This document shows positions 42,419-52,394 of a stretch of DNA of 64,000 nucleotides, piece after piece. Source of the stretch: Polyangia bacterium (GTDB lineage Bacteria > Myxococcota_A > Polyangia > Fen-1088); the NCBI GenBank assembly GCA_035607055.1, contig DATNDC010000124.1:1708-65707 (forward strand), written 5' to 3'. The notes under the pieces were generated by a model. It ran no database searches and had not been told where the DNA came from. It worked only from the letters and a program-made list of their open reading frames with translations. Each line of letters starts with the position of its first letter. Position 1 is the first letter of the stretch. Made by a program: the position numbers and the translations under genes.

Positions 42419-45207
42419 GGCACGGCGGCCGCGGCGTCCTGACGCGCTTGCCCGCCGCCCGCACGGCGCCGGAGGTCGGCGACGCGCAGCGGATCGACGC
42501 CGTCGTCGCCCCACAGCGCCAGCCGCGCCAGGTCGGCCGCCGCCGCCACCTCGGCGCCGAACAGCGCGGTCACCACCTCTGCGGGGCGCGCGCTCCCCTC
42601 GTTGGTCACCGAGACGCCGAACGCCACCATCGCCCCCTCCTCCCAACCGAGCCGCCGGCGTACCGACGCGTCCTCGAACAGCGCCAGGCGGCGCAATGAG
42701 CGGCGCACGTCGACGGTGCGGGCGATCCCCTTGTCCGACTCGCGCCGCACCGTCAGGGGCGCCTCGCCGGCGAAACGTGCCAGCCCCGCGGCCACCTCGG
42801 CCCCCGCGGGCAGCCGGGCGATCATCTCCGAGGCCGTCAGCACCCGGCCGAGCGCGCGATCGCTCTCGCCGAGCCGCGCGACGTCGAGGATCTCGATCCC
42901 TTCCAGCGACACACGCGCGAGCCGCCGCGCCAACTCCTCGGCCGGGAGGTCGTCGACCAGCTTCACGTCGAGGATCTCGCCCAGCGACGGGATGCCGAGC
43001 CCCAGCGCCGGTCCGAACGACAGCTCCGGTTTCGGGTGAAAGCCGAGGGAGTAGAAGATCTCCAACCCGGCGCGCCGGAAGATGCGCGGCAGGTGGCGCA
43101 CCAGATCGAGGTGGCCGAGGTAAGCGACGCGCCCCAGCTTGGTGTAGCGGACGCGATAGCCGTGCGGCGTCCCCTGCAGGGCGCGCGGCGGCGGTCGCGT
43201 CGGATCCTGCACCGGCCGCGGCGCGCGCGCTCTGCCGGGCTCGGGAGCCTTCACCGCCGCCGCCTCCCCGCCCCAGGCGTTCATCCGGCGCAAGAAGAAC
43301 AGGCGCTCGCCCTTCATCGCCTCGAGGTCGCAGGCGATGCCGCAGTCGTAGCAGATGAGCTTGTCCTTGGCGCCCGCCTCGGCGGCGGCGACGCTGCTCG
43401 GGTGGAGCAGCTTCTTGTACGGCTTGCCGCAGGGGGGTGAGAGGCGATCCTTGAGCGCCTTGCGGTACTCCTTGGCCAGGAAGTCCGGCTCGAGGCCGAT
43501 GTCGATGTGGCTCCAGGGGAGGCGCGCCGTCACCGGCAGCGTCCCCAGCGGCCGCGCCACGTCGAACCCGGTCACCGGCGAGGTCTCGGCGATCGCCTGC
43601 TCCCACAGATCGACCCGGAGCGCGTCGTCCCAGCTGTCGAACCGGCAGCCGCGCCGGTAGGCGGCCTCCAGCAGATCGCCGGCGCGCCGATCGCCGCGCG
43701 CGAAGATCCCCTCCAGGTGCGACTGCTGGTTCTCGTGCATCTTGAGCTGCACGCGCAGCGCGCGCGCCCGCTCGGCCAGGATGCCCTGCTTGCGCGCGGT
43801 GGTCGCCTCGTCGTCCATCGCCGCCCACTGGAACGGCGTGTGCGGCTTGGGCACATGGGTCGACACCGAAGCGGTCACCTGCGCCCCTTTCTGGTGCTGG
43901 CGCCCGATCGCCTGCACGCGCGCGGCGGTCTCGACGATGCCGGCCACGTCCTCGTCGGTCTCGGTCGGCAGACCGATCATGAAGTAGAGCTTCATGCGCG
44001 AGAAGCCCCGCCCGAACACCCGCTGCGCCGACTCGAGGATGTCGGCCTCGGTGACGTTCTTGGCGATCACGTCCCGCATCCGCTGCGTGCCCGCCTCGGG
44101 CGCGAAGGTGAGCCCGCCGGCGCGCACGCCCGCGATCTCGCCCAGCAGGTCCTCGTTGAGCCCGTAAGCCCGGAGCGACGACACCGAGAGCGACACCTTC
44201 TCCGGCGCGAGCTTGGCCATCGCCGCCTTCACCAGCGGCGTCACGCAGGAGTAGTCGGCCATCGACAGCGAGGTCAGCGCCGTCTCGTCATAGCCGCCCT
44301 TCTTGACGCCGCCGGTGAGCGCGTCGAGCACCGCGACCGGGTCGCGCTCGCGCACCGGCCGGTAGATCATCCCCGCCTGGCAGAAGCGGCACCCCTCGGT
44401 GCAGCCGCGCGCCACCTCGACCGCCATGCGATCGAAGATGGCCTCCGCGTACGGCAGCGGCGAATCGTCGGGGAAGGGAATCTGGTTGATGTCGGCGACC
44501 AGCGCGCGCTTGGGCCGGGCCGGCACGCGCGGATCGAGCGGCGCGCCGACGACCAGCAGGCCGGTCTCGGCGTCGAGCTCCGTCGCGTAGAGCTCGGGGA
44601 CGTAGAGCGGGTACTTCGCCGCCAGCCGCACCAGCCGCTCGCGGCGCAAAAGGCCCGTCCGGCGCATCGCCGCCGCCTCCCGCACCAGCGCCGGCAAGAG
44701 CTCCTCCGCCTCGCCGATGAAGAAGGCGTCGATGAACGGCGCCAGCGGCTCCGGGTGCGTGGCGGTCGGCCCGCCGGCGATGACCAGCGGCGCCTCGTCG
44801 CCGCGGTCGGCGGCGCGCAGCGGGATCCCGCCCAGCTCGAGGATGGCGAGCACGTTGGTGTACGTCAGCTCGTACTGCAGCGAGAACCCGACGACGTCGA
44901 AGGCGCCGACCGGCGTCGCCGTCTCGAGCGTGACGAGCGGCAACCCGCGCGCGCGAAGCTCGGCCTCGCAGTCCAGCCAGGGGGAGAACACCCGCTCGCA
45001 GGCGAGGTCGTCCGCCTTGTTGAGGACGCTGTAGAGGATCTTCGTCCCCAGGTGGGACATCCCGATCTCGTACACGTCCGGAAACGCCAGGCAGACGCGC
45101 GCCGCCACCGTCGCCGGATCCTTGCGCGCCTGCTGGTACTCGCCGCCCACGTAGCGGGACGGCTTCTCGACCTTGTTCAGGAACGCGGCGTAGGGGTGCC
45201 GGAGCAC
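42415..45207 (-). CDS. B12-binding-domain radical SAM protein fused to a DUF2344-like C-terminal domain (TIGR03960/TIGR03936-type)
   Basis: 930 aa with N-terminus FLNKVEKPSRYVGGEY, cluster motif GCTEGCRFCQAG, and a C-terminal half (...YRVRYTKLGRVAYLGHLDLVRHLPRIFRRAGLEIFYSLGFHPKPELSF) typical of the fused family. Confidence 0.85.
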   Translation of the reverse strand: MLRHPYAAFLNKVEKPSRYVGGEYQQARKDPATVAARVCLAFPDVYEIGMSHLGTKILYSVLNKADDLACERVFSPWLDCEAELRARGLPLVTLETATPVGAFDVVGFSLQYELTYTNVLAILELGGIPLRAADRGDEAPLVIAGGPTATHPEPLAPFIDAFFIGEAEELLPALVREAAAMRRTGLLRRERLVRLAAKYPLYVPELYATELDAETGLLVVGAPLDPRVPARPKRALVADINQIPFPDDSPLPYAEAIFDRMAVEVARGCTEGCRFCQAGMIYRPVRERDPVAVLDALTGGVKKGGYDETALTSLSMADYSCVTPLVKAAMAKLAPEKVSLSVSSLRAYGLNEDLLGEIAGVRAGGLTFAPEAGTQRMRDVIAKNVTEADILESAQRVFGRGFSRMKLYFMIGLPTETDEDVAGIVETAARVQAIGRQHQKGAQVTASVSTHVPKPHTPFQWAAMDDEATTARKQGILAERARALRVQLKMHENQQSHLEGIFARGDRRAGDLLEAAYRRGCRFDSWDDALRVDLWEQAIAETSPVTGFDVARPLGTLPVTARLPWSHIDIGLEPDFLAKEYRKALKDRLSPPCGKPYKKLLHPSSVAAAEAGAKDKLICYDCGIACDLEAMKGERLFFLRRMNAWGGEAAAVKAPEPGRARAPRPVQDPTRPPPRALQGTPHGYRVRYTKLGRVAYLGHLDLVRHLPRIFRRAGLEIFYSLGFHPKPELSFGPALGLGIPSLGEILDVKLVDDLPAEELARRLARVSLEGIEILDVARLGESDRALGRVLTASEMIARLPAGAEVAAGLARFAGEAPLTVRRESDKGIARTVDVRRSLRRLALFEDASVRRRLGWEEGAMVAFGVSVTNEGSARPAEVVTALFGAEVAAAADLARLALWGDDGVDPLRVADLRRRAGGGQARQDAAAAVP

Positions 45208-45246
45208 GGTGTCTTTTCTCTACCTTCTTCTCGACGGCGCCCGCGC

Positions 45247-46980
45247 CTACTCATTGCCCTGGAAGACGTACACGAACTCGGTGCCGTACTCGTCGCCCGC
45301 CTGCGGGAAGGCCCAGTGGCCGACCACCTCCTTGATGCAGGGATCGAGGGCGCGGAATTGCGGCGGCCCGTCGATCGCGGTGTGCTTCACCCGACCCGAG
45401 ATCCCGATGCTGACCTGCACGCTGATCTTGCCGTGCGTGAGGCTGCTGTCGCGCAGCAGCGCGCGCTGGTAGCAGTTCTTGATCCCGCCCATGTTGTTGT
45501 GGATGACGCGCGTGATCTCCGACTGCGACGGCGGCGGCCGGGAGACGCCGCTGCTGCCGGTGATGTTCAGCTTGTGGCCGTCGTTGTAGCGAGCGTTCGG
45601 ATCGTTCGCCGCCACCGGCGCGGCCGGCGTCCCCGCGGGGGAGAGCGGCGGCGGTGCGGTGGGCGCCCCGCCGGCCGGCTTGCCGTGTGCACCCGCATGT
45701 GCGTGCCCGCGGCCGTGCGCGGCGGGCGGCTCGGGCGCCGGCGTGGGCGCGGCCGGCGGCGGCGGGGGCGTGGGCGTGGGCGTGGGCGTCGTCGCCGGCG
45801 GCGGATTGTCGACGATCCCCGCCAGCGGATCGGTGGTCGCCTTGGCCGGCTGCGAGACGACCGGCTTGGGCTGCTTCTTCCCCAGCGTCACGAACAGGAC
45901 GACGCAGAGGCCGACCACCCCCAACAAGACGAAGATCAGGCGCCCCGCGCGCTGGCGATCCGCCGCCTGACCGGCCGCGGCGGTCGCGTACCCGACGACC
46001 GCCTCCGATTTCAGAAGCCGCGGTGCCGGGCCGGCCCCCGAGGCCGACGCCAGGTTCAACGTGTTGAGGATGTCCGACTTCTCCGCCCCGTGCGACGCCC
46101 CGTTGGAGACCGACGGCTCGGCGTGACCGACGCCGTTGGCGCCGAGATCGTGCAGCATGTGCGGCTGCGGCGCGGGCGTCTCGAGCATCGACGAGGGATC
46201 GATGTCCAGCCCGTGCTCGACCGCGTGCGCGGGCGAGGCCGCCGCGGCCGCCAGCGCCGCGGGACGCGCGACCGGGCCGGTGGGCCGCCGGCCTCCGGGC
46301 GGCGCCACCGGTGGTGGAAGCTTCAGGCCCGCGCCCGCGCCAATCGGCGAACCGACGACCGGCTGCGACCCCGTCTGACGGGCCGGCGCGGCGGCGACAG
46401 CCGGCATCGACGAGCCCGTCGGACGCCGGGGGGCGCCCGGGAATGGCGGCGGAGGCGGAGGCGCCGCCGCGATCGGCGGCACGGGCGTCGGCGGACGTCG
46501 GCGCGCCGCCAGCTCGTGCGCCAGCGCGGGCACCTCGGCGGGCGGCTTCCAGCTCCCCAGCTTCTCGCTCCAGACGTGCAGGTCGGCGTCCTTGGAGAGC
46601 GGCGCGACCTTGTCGAGGAGCTGCTTGCGCGAGAACGGTCCGGTCCGGTTCCCGTCCAGCGCCATGTACCAGGCGACGCCGTCGTCCGGCGGCTCGGGCC
46701 GCGCGGCCACCCGGCGCTCGACCGGCGGCGGCGCCGGGGCCAGCGGCGCGCGCGCCGCGGCCGGCGTGGGGGGCCGGGGCGCAGGGGCCCCGACTGTCGC
46801 GGCGGGAGCCGAGACGCGGCGCGCAGCGGCCGCCCCCGATCCCGCGCCTGGCCCTGCCCCCTCGTCCCGAACCGTGATGATGTTCGTGCAGGACTTGCAG
46901 CGGACCTTGAGGATCTTCCCGCGGACCTTTTCGTCCGCGATTGAATACTTGGTCTGGCAGCGATCGCAGACGAATTTCAT
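45247..46980 (-). CDS. zinc-ribbon / GYF / Pro-rich / TM / AgmX-PglI-type C-terminal domain protein (GltJ/AgmX-like)
   Basis: 577 aa.
- MKFVCDRCQTKYSIADEKVRGKILKVRCKSCTNIITV (MJ0042-type zinc ribbon).
- WYMALDGNRTGPFSRKQLLDKV...HVWSEKLGSWKP (GYF_2).
- Long Pro/Ala tracts and one TM segment (LIFVLLGVVGLCVVLFVTLG).
- C-terminal ...IKNCYQRALLRDSSLTHGKISVQVSIGISGRV...GTEFVYVFQ (TonB-C-like). Confidence 0.7.
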   Translation of the reverse strand: MKFVCDRCQTKYSIADEKVRGKILKVRCKSCTNIITVRDEGAGPGAGSGAAAARRVSAPAATVGAPAPRPPTPAAARAPLAPAPPPVERRVAARPEPPDDGVAWYMALDGNRTGPFSRKQLLDKVAPLSKDADLHVWSEKLGSWKPPAEVPALAHELAARRRPPTPVPPIAAAPPPPPPFPGAPRRPTGSSMPAVAAAPARQTGSQPVVGSPIGAGAGLKLPPPVAPPGGRRPTGPVARPAALAAAAASPAHAVEHGLDIDPSSMLETPAPQPHMLHDLGANGVGHAEPSVSNGASHGAEKSDILNTLNLASASGAGPAPRLLKSEAVVGYATAAAGQAADRQRAGRLIFVLLGVVGLCVVLFVTLGKKQPKPVVSQPAKATTDPLAGIVDNPPPATTPTPTPTPPPPPAAPTPAPEPPAAHGRGHAHAGAHGKPAGGAPTAPPPLSPAGTPAAPVAANDPNARYNDGHKLNITGSSGVSRPPPSQSEITRVIHNNMGGIKNCYQRALLRDSSLTHGKISVQVSIGISGRVKHTAIDGPPQFRALDPCIKEVVGHWAFPQAGDEYGTEFVYVFQGNE

Positions 46981-47037
46981 GCAGTTAGAGCTTCCCGCTT
47001 GCGCGGCCCTGGGGGCTCGGACGGTCGGGCGAAACTA

Positions 47038-48354
47038 TCATCGAAGGGTGAGGATTGCCATCGCCGCGACGCCCAAAAGGATGAAGGCGACGAGGATGAT
47101 CCAGCTTCCACGAGATCGGCCTGCGGGCGACTCTTCCGTGTCGTGGCGGGGGTCGTGGCGGGCGGCCACCTCGGCGGTGGGCGATACCCGGGTCGTCACC
47201 GGCGTGGCCGTGCGCGGCGCCGTCCCGAGGCCGCCCGGCGGGGAGGCGCGCCTCTCCGTCTCCGCGACGGCCGGCTGGATCCGCATGCTGAGCGGCGCCC
47301 GGCGATCGAAGTCGAGCGCCTCGGGCTCGTCGCCCTCCGTTCCTCGTCCACCTGGCCCGCCCGCGCCGGCGTCGGAGGCGAAGAGATCGCTCATGTAGAT
47401 CGCCACCCGCCGGTTTCCGCTGCGCAGCCCGCTCTCGCTCAGGAACCCCTCCAAGTCGTCGTGCATCTCCTGCGCCGACTGGTAGCGGTCCTCGGGGCGC
47501 CTCTCGAGCGCCCGCATCACGATGAGCTCCAGCGCCGCCGGGTAGTCGCGGCGGACCGCGGTGGGCGGCGGCACGCGCTCGCCGACGATCCGCTTCATCA
47601 CCGCGTCCGCCGGCCCGCGGTAGAGCCGCTGGCAGAGCGTCAGCTCGTACAAGAGGATCCCGAGCGCGAAGATGTCCGAGCGGTGATCGACCGCCTCGCC
47701 CCGCACCTGCTCCGGCGACATGTACGACGCCTTACCCGGCAGGATGCCGGTCTCCTCGCGCAGCTCGTCCTGGGCCCGCGCGATACCGAAGTCGACGATC
47801 TCGGTCTGCCCCTCGTAGGTGACGAGGATGTTCGTCGGAGACACGTCCCGGTGGACGATGCGCACGACGCGCCCGTCGGGCTCCCTGCGCTCGTGGGCGT
47901 AGGCGAGCCCCGCCGCGGTCTGCCTGACGATGTGGATGGCGTGCTCCATCGGCAGGTAGCGATCGACGGCCAGGCCGCGCTTGACGATGTCGGCGATCGT
48001 CTCGCCGTGGATGTACTCCATGGCGATGTACTTGAGGCCCGCGTCGTCGGCGACGTCGTAGACATGTACGATCGCCGGGTGATTCAGCTTGGCCGCCAGG
48101 CGCGCTTCGTCGAGGAACATCTGCACGACGCGCGCGTTCTTGGCGTACCGCGGCTGCAGGATCTTGAGCACCACCTGCTTTTCGAACCCGCCCACCGACT
48201 GCTGGCGGGCGATGTAGAGCTCGGCCATCCCGCCCGAGGCCAGGTGGCTGATGACCGAATAACGCCCGACCTGCCGGCCAATCAAATTGCCGGGGGGCAA
48301 ATCGCCCGGGGGGGCCTCACGAGGTTGGGCCATGCGCCCGAGAATCCTACCCAA
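47038..48354 (-). CDS. Ser/Thr protein kinase, C-terminally membrane-anchored
   Basis: 438 aa with GRYSVISHLASGGMAELY, VVLKIL, HRDVSPTNILV, DFGIA, YMSPEQ and a C-terminal TM segment (WIILVAFILLGVAAMAILTL). The start may be the internal ATG at 48333. Confidence 0.9.
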   Translation of the reverse strand: MGRILGRMAQPREAPPGDLPPGNLIGRQVGRYSVISHLASGGMAELYIARQQSVGGFEKQVVLKILQPRYAKNARVVQMFLDEARLAAKLNHPAIVHVYDVADDAGLKYIAMEYIHGETIADIVKRGLAVDRYLPMEHAIHIVRQTAAGLAYAHERREPDGRVVRIVHRDVSPTNILVTYEGQTEIVDFGIARAQDELREETGILPGKASYMSPEQVRGEAVDHRSDIFALGILLYELTLCQRLYRGPADAVMKRIVGERVPPPTAVRRDYPAALELIVMRALERRPEDRYQSAQEMHDDLEGFLSESGLRSGNRRVAIYMSDLFASDAGAGGPGGRGTEGDEPEALDFDRRAPLSMRIQPAVAETERRASPPGGLGTAPRTATPVTTRVSPTAEVAARHDPRHDTEESPAGRSRGSWIILVAFILLGVAAMAILTLR

Positions 48355-48374
48355 TAAAACCGGGCCCCAGGCGT

Positions 48375-49163
48375 TTGATTTTGCCTCCGGGCACAGTTAG
48401 GAATGACCCGGCCGTGCACCTCGTGCTGCCTCGCGACGCCTCGCTCGACGGCCACCTGGTGGACGGCGCGATCGGCTATCTGACGCTGACGACGGGGGTC
48501 GTCTTCGCCCTCGCGCTCGCCTTCTTGCTGGCCGCGCTGCTGTTTCACCGGGCGCGCGCCGGGCGGACCTGGGGGCAGCACACCCACGGCAACCGAACTC
48601 GCGATCGGGTCCTCATGTTCACGGTCGCGCTCGTCATGTTCGTGGCGATCGACGTGACGCTGGCGCTCCGCGCGACGCGTGATCTCGAGGGGCGGTTCTG
48701 GCGCTACCCCGACGCCGATCCGGCGGCGCTGCGCGTCGAGGTGACGGCGCGGCAGTGGGCCTGGACCTTCCGGACGGCCGGGCCCGACGGCCGCTTCGGG
48801 ACGCCCGACGACGTCGTGACCCTGAACGAGCTCGACGTCCCGGTCGGCCGCCCGGTCTATCTGAAGCTGCGCTCGCGCGACGTCGTCCACTCGCTGTATC
48901 TGCCGAGCTTCCGCATCAAGATTGACGCCATTCCAGGAATGACCACCCGCGCCTGGTTCCAGGCGACCGAGACGGGCCGCAGCGAGATCGGCTGCGCGCA
49001 GCACTGCGGCGTCAACCACTACAAGATGCGCGGCCTGCTGGTCGCCCGCGACGGGGCCGACTACCGCGACTGGCTGGCGCGCGCCGAGACCGACAGCCGC
49101 CTGCGCTACGACCCGGCGGGGCCCACGGCCATCGGCGGCTGGGACTGGGAGACCGGCCAGTGA
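48375..49163 (+). CDS. coxB: cytochrome c oxidase subunit II (CuA cupredoxin, no fused cytochrome c)
   Basis: DVVHSLYLPSF and CAQHCGVNHYKM give the CuA ligand pattern H...CxxxCxxxHxxM. The start is uncertain (TTG 48375 to GTG 48423). Confidence 0.85.
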   Translation: MILPPGTVRNDPAVHLVLPRDASLDGHLVDGAIGYLTLTTGVVFALALAFLLAALLFHRARAGRTWGQHTHGNRTRDRVLMFTVALVMFVAIDVTLALRATRDLEGRFWRYPDADPAALRVEVTARQWAWTFRTAGPDGRFGTPDDVVTLNELDVPVGRPVYLKLRSRDVVHSLYLPSFRIKIDAIPGMTTRAWFQATETGRSEIGCAQHCGVNHYKMRGLLVARDGADYRDWLARAETDSRLRYDPAGPTAIGGWDWETGQ

Positions 49164-50938
49164 GCGAGCGCCAGGTCGCGTCCATCGACGAGGAGATTGA
49201 ACCGGCGCCGACCGGGTTTCTGCGCCGCTACGTCTTCTCGCACGACCACAAGGTGATCGGGCGGCAGTTCCTGTTCCTGGGGCTCGGCTTCCTGGCGGTG
49301 GGCGGCCTCATGGCGATGCTGATCCGCTGGCAGCTGGCGCGCCCGGGCGCGCCGGTGCCGGTGGTGGGCAAGCTGCTGTTCGGGCCCTCGGGCGGCGTGA
49401 TCTCGCCGGTCGCCTACACGGCGCTCTTCACCATGCACGGCACGATCATGATCTTCTTCGCCGTGACGCCTATCTTGATCGGGGGCTTCGGCAACTTCTG
49501 CCTGCCGCTGCTCATCGGCGCGCGCGACATGGCCTTCCCGCGCCTCAACATGGCGTCGTTCTGGACCATGTTCGCGGCGACGGCGGTGCTGACCGCGTCG
49601 TTCTTCGTGCCGCTCGGCCCGCCCGAGGCAGGCTGGACCGCCTACGCGACGCTGTCGACGGCGATCGGCGCACCCGGCCCCGGCCAGACGCTGTGGGTGG
49701 TGGCCATCTACCTCAACGGCGCCTCCTCGGTGATGGGGGCGGTCAACTACATCACCACCGTGCTGCGGCTGCGCGCGCCCGGGATGACCTACACGCGGAT
49801 GCCGCTCACGGTGTGGGGCTTCTTCCTCACCTCGATCCTGAACGCGCTGTTCGTCCCGGTGCTGGCGGCGGCGATGGTGCTGCTCCTCTTCGATCGCCTG
49901 CTGGGGACGCAGTTCTTCATCGCCGGCAGCACGCCGGGCGCGGGCGGCGATCCGATCCTCTACCAGCACCTGTTCTGGCTGTTCGGCCACCCGGAGGTCT
50001 ACATCCTCATCCTGCCGGCCTGGGGGATCGTGGGCGACCTGCTGTCGTTCTTCGCGCGCAAGCCGGCGTTCGGCTATCGGGTGACCGTCGGCGCGCTGTG
50101 TGGCGTGGTGCTCCTGTCGACGGTCGTCTACGGGCACCACATGTTCACCACCGGGATGAGCCCGCTGCTCGGCGAGAGCTTCATGCTGCTCACCATGATC
50201 ATCTCGGTGCCGACCGCGCTCATCGTCCTCAGCTGGCTGGGGACGCTCTGGCGGGGCGCCATCCGCTTCCCGACGCCGATGCTGTTCTGTCTCGGCCTGG
50301 TCTTCACCTTCGGCGTGGGCGGGCTGACCGGCCTCTACCTGGCCGACATCACCGCCGACCTCTACCTGCACGACACCTACTTCGTGGTCGGCCACTTCCA
50401 CCTCATCATGGCGGCGGCGCTGCTGATGTCGCTCTTCGCCGCGACGTACTTCTGGTTCCCCAAGATGTTCGGCCGGATGATGAGCGAGGGGCTCGGCAAG
50501 CTGCACTTCTGGCTCACCTTCGTCCCGCTGAACCTGGTCTTCTTCGGGATGCTGGCGATCGGTTACGAGGGGATGGAGCGGCGGCTCTACGACCCGTCGG
50601 TGTTCGACTTCCTGAAGCCGCTCTTGCCGCTCAACCGCGCCATCTCGCACGCCGCCTACCTGCTGGGCGCCGCGCAGCTGGTCTTCGTGCTGAACTTCTT
50701 CTGGAGCCTGGCCCGCGGCCCGCGCGCCGCCGCCAACCCCTGGCAGGTGGGGACGCTGGAGTGGTCGGTCGCCTCGCCGCCCCCGCACCACAACTTCGAT
50801 CGGATCCCGATCGTCGTGCGCGGCCCGCACGAGCTCGGCCACCCGGCCGCGCGCCCGCTCGGACGCGACTGGCTGTCGCAGACCGAGCTCGTCGACGAGA
50901 CGCCGCCCGCGGCCCCGCCCTCTCCGGAGACCGCATGA
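49160..50938 (+). CDS. ctaD: cytochrome c oxidase subunit I
   Basis: 592 aa with a GTG start (GTGA overlap). Contains FTMHGTIMIFF, WFFGHPEVYILILP-type LFWLFGHPEVYILILPAWG, and HHMFTTG...VVGHFHL. Confidence 0.95.
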   Translation: MSERQVASIDEEIEPAPTGFLRRYVFSHDHKVIGRQFLFLGLGFLAVGGLMAMLIRWQLARPGAPVPVVGKLLFGPSGGVISPVAYTALFTMHGTIMIFFAVTPILIGGFGNFCLPLLIGARDMAFPRLNMASFWTMFAATAVLTASFFVPLGPPEAGWTAYATLSTAIGAPGPGQTLWVVAIYLNGASSVMGAVNYITTVLRLRAPGMTYTRMPLTVWGFFLTSILNALFVPVLAAAMVLLLFDRLLGTQFFIAGSTPGAGGDPILYQHLFWLFGHPEVYILILPAWGIVGDLLSFFARKPAFGYRVTVGALCGVVLLSTVVYGHHMFTTGMSPLLGESFMLLTMIISVPTALIVLSWLGTLWRGAIRFPTPMLFCLGLVFTFGVGGLTGLYLADITADLYLHDTYFVVGHFHLIMAAALLMSLFAATYFWFPKMFGRMMSEGLGKLHFWLTFVPLNLVFFGMLAIGYEGMERRLYDPSVFDFLKPLLPLNRAISHAAYLLGAAQLVFVLNFFWSLARGPRAAANPWQVGTLEWSVASPPPHHNFDRIPIVVRGPHELGHPAARPLGRDWLSQTELVDETPPAAPPSPETA

Positions 50939-51435
50939 CGGCCGTCCCCGCCGCGGCCCGCCGCCGCGAGGTGGACGCCCAGGTCGGACTGGTGATCTTC
51001 CTCGGCGCGACGGCGATGCTGTTCGCGGCGCTGCTGCTCGCCTACGCGATCGTCCGGGCCCAGGCGCCCGCTTGGCCGCCCGCCGGTGCGCCGCCGTTCC
51101 CGCGCGGCGCCGCCGCCGTGAACACGTTCGCGCTCGTCGCGGCCAGCATCGCCCTCCGGCGCGGGCGCCCGGGGCTCGCGCTCGGCCTGGGCGCCGCTTT
51201 TCTCGCCGCCCAGGGCCTCCTCTGGCAGCACCTGGTGGCGATCCACCTCGGCCCGACCGCCGGCGCGCTGGGCGAGGTCTTCTTCGCCCTGTCGGTCCTG
51301 CACGCGGCGCACGTGCTCGGGGGTCTGGTCGCGCTCGCCTGGGCCGGCGCACGTCGCCGGCGGTTGCTCACGCTCTACTGGGACTTCGTGCTGGCGATCT
51401 GGATCGTCGTCTACCTGGCGGTGTGTGTGCTGTGA
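50935..51435 (+). CDS. short haem-copper oxidase subunit III-like protein
   Basis: 167 aa read from the tail of track ORF 49693..51435. ATGA overlap with the ctaD stop. About 4-5 TM segments, with FFALSVLHAAHVLGGLVAL resembling the subunit III motif. Confidence 0.7.
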   Translation: MTAVPAAARRREVDAQVGLVIFLGATAMLFAALLLAYAIVRAQAPAWPPAGAPPFPRGAAAVNTFALVAASIALRRGRPGLALGLGAAFLAAQGLLWQHLVAIHLGPTAGALGEVFFALSVLHAAHVLGGLVALAWAGARRRRLLTLYWDFVLAIWIVVYLAVCVL

Positions 51436-52394
51436 GGACCGCCGGCCTGCTCCTGGCGCTTCTGCTGCTCGCGCCGCCGGCCTGCCGGCGCGCGGCCGTC
51501 CTCCCGGGCGCGCCGCCGCCGTTCACCGCGCCGCTGACGCTGGGCGGGCGGGTGGTCGCGCCGGCCGCGCTCGAGCACGGGCGCGAGGTCTTCACCCACT
51601 TCTGCCGCCCCTGCCACGGCGACGCCGGCGACGGGAAAGGGACGGCCGCCGCCGGCCTCTCGCCGCCGCCCCGCGACCTCCGCCTCGGCGTCTACAAGTT
51701 CGCCGCCGTCGCCGCCGGCCAGCTGCCGAACGACGCCGACTTCGCCCGCACCATCGGCCACGGCCTGCACGGCACGGCGATGCTCGCCTGGGAGGTCCCT
51801 GACGCGGAGCTCGACGACCTCATCCAATACGTGAAGTCCTTCGCCCCAAGATGGCGCAGCGAAATGCCCGGCGAGCCGCTCGCCGCCTCGCCCGATCCCT
51901 GGGTCGGGCGCGAGGCCGACGCCCTCGCCCGCGGCACCCGCGTCTACCACGGCCTCGCCCAGTGCGCGGTCGCCTGCCACCCCGCCTACGCCACCCGCGC
52001 CGAGATCTACGCCTTCACCAAGGAGCTGACCGGCCGCGAGGTGCGCGAGTTCCGCCCCGACCTCTACCAGCCCGTGCTCAAGGACAGCGATTACGGCACC
52101 AAGATCCTGCCGCCGGACTTCACCTTCAACGACCTGCGGGGCGGCGACACGCTGGCCGACATCTACCGGGCGATCGCCTGCGGCATCGGCGGCACGGCCA
52201 TGCCCACCTGGAAGAACGTGCTGCCGGAGAGCGATCTGTGGGCCATGGCCCACTACGTCGCCTCGCTGGCCGCGCTGCGCGACACGCCCGCGGCGCGCGC
52301 GCTCGGCGAACGGCTGCGCGATCAGCCGTCCTGGACGCCGCCGCCCCTGGACGGCGGCGCGGCGGGCGACGCCGGCTCGGACGCCGCCCCCTGA
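51432..52394 (+). CDS. dihaem c-type cytochrome
   Basis: GTG start 51432 (GTGA overlap). Signal-like VRTAGLLLALLLLAPPAC. Two CxxCH motifs (CRPCH, CAVACH). Confidence 0.8.
   Translation: MRTAGLLLALLLLAPPACRRAAVLPGAPPPFTAPLTLGGRVVAPAALEHGREVFTHFCRPCHGDAGDGKGTAAAGLSPPPRDLRLGVYKFAAVAAGQLPNDADFARTIGHGLHGTAMLAWEVPDAELDDLIQYVKSFAPRWRSEMPGEPLAASPDPWVGREADALARGTRVYHGLAQCAVACHPAYATRAEIYAFTKELTGREVREFRPDLYQPVLKDSDYGTKILPPDFTFNDLRGGDTLADIYRAIACGIGGTAMPTWKNVLPESDLWAMAHYVASLAALRDTPAARALGERLRDQPSWTPPPLDGGAAGDAGSDAAP

Noticed and set aside
45208-45246. Looked for a cobalamin riboswitch upstream of the B12-binding radical SAM gene, and for a preQ1 riboswitch upstream of queE (6823-6851).
   Set aside because: The gaps are only 39 and 29 bp, too short for either aptamer, and no conserved riboswitch boxes are visible.
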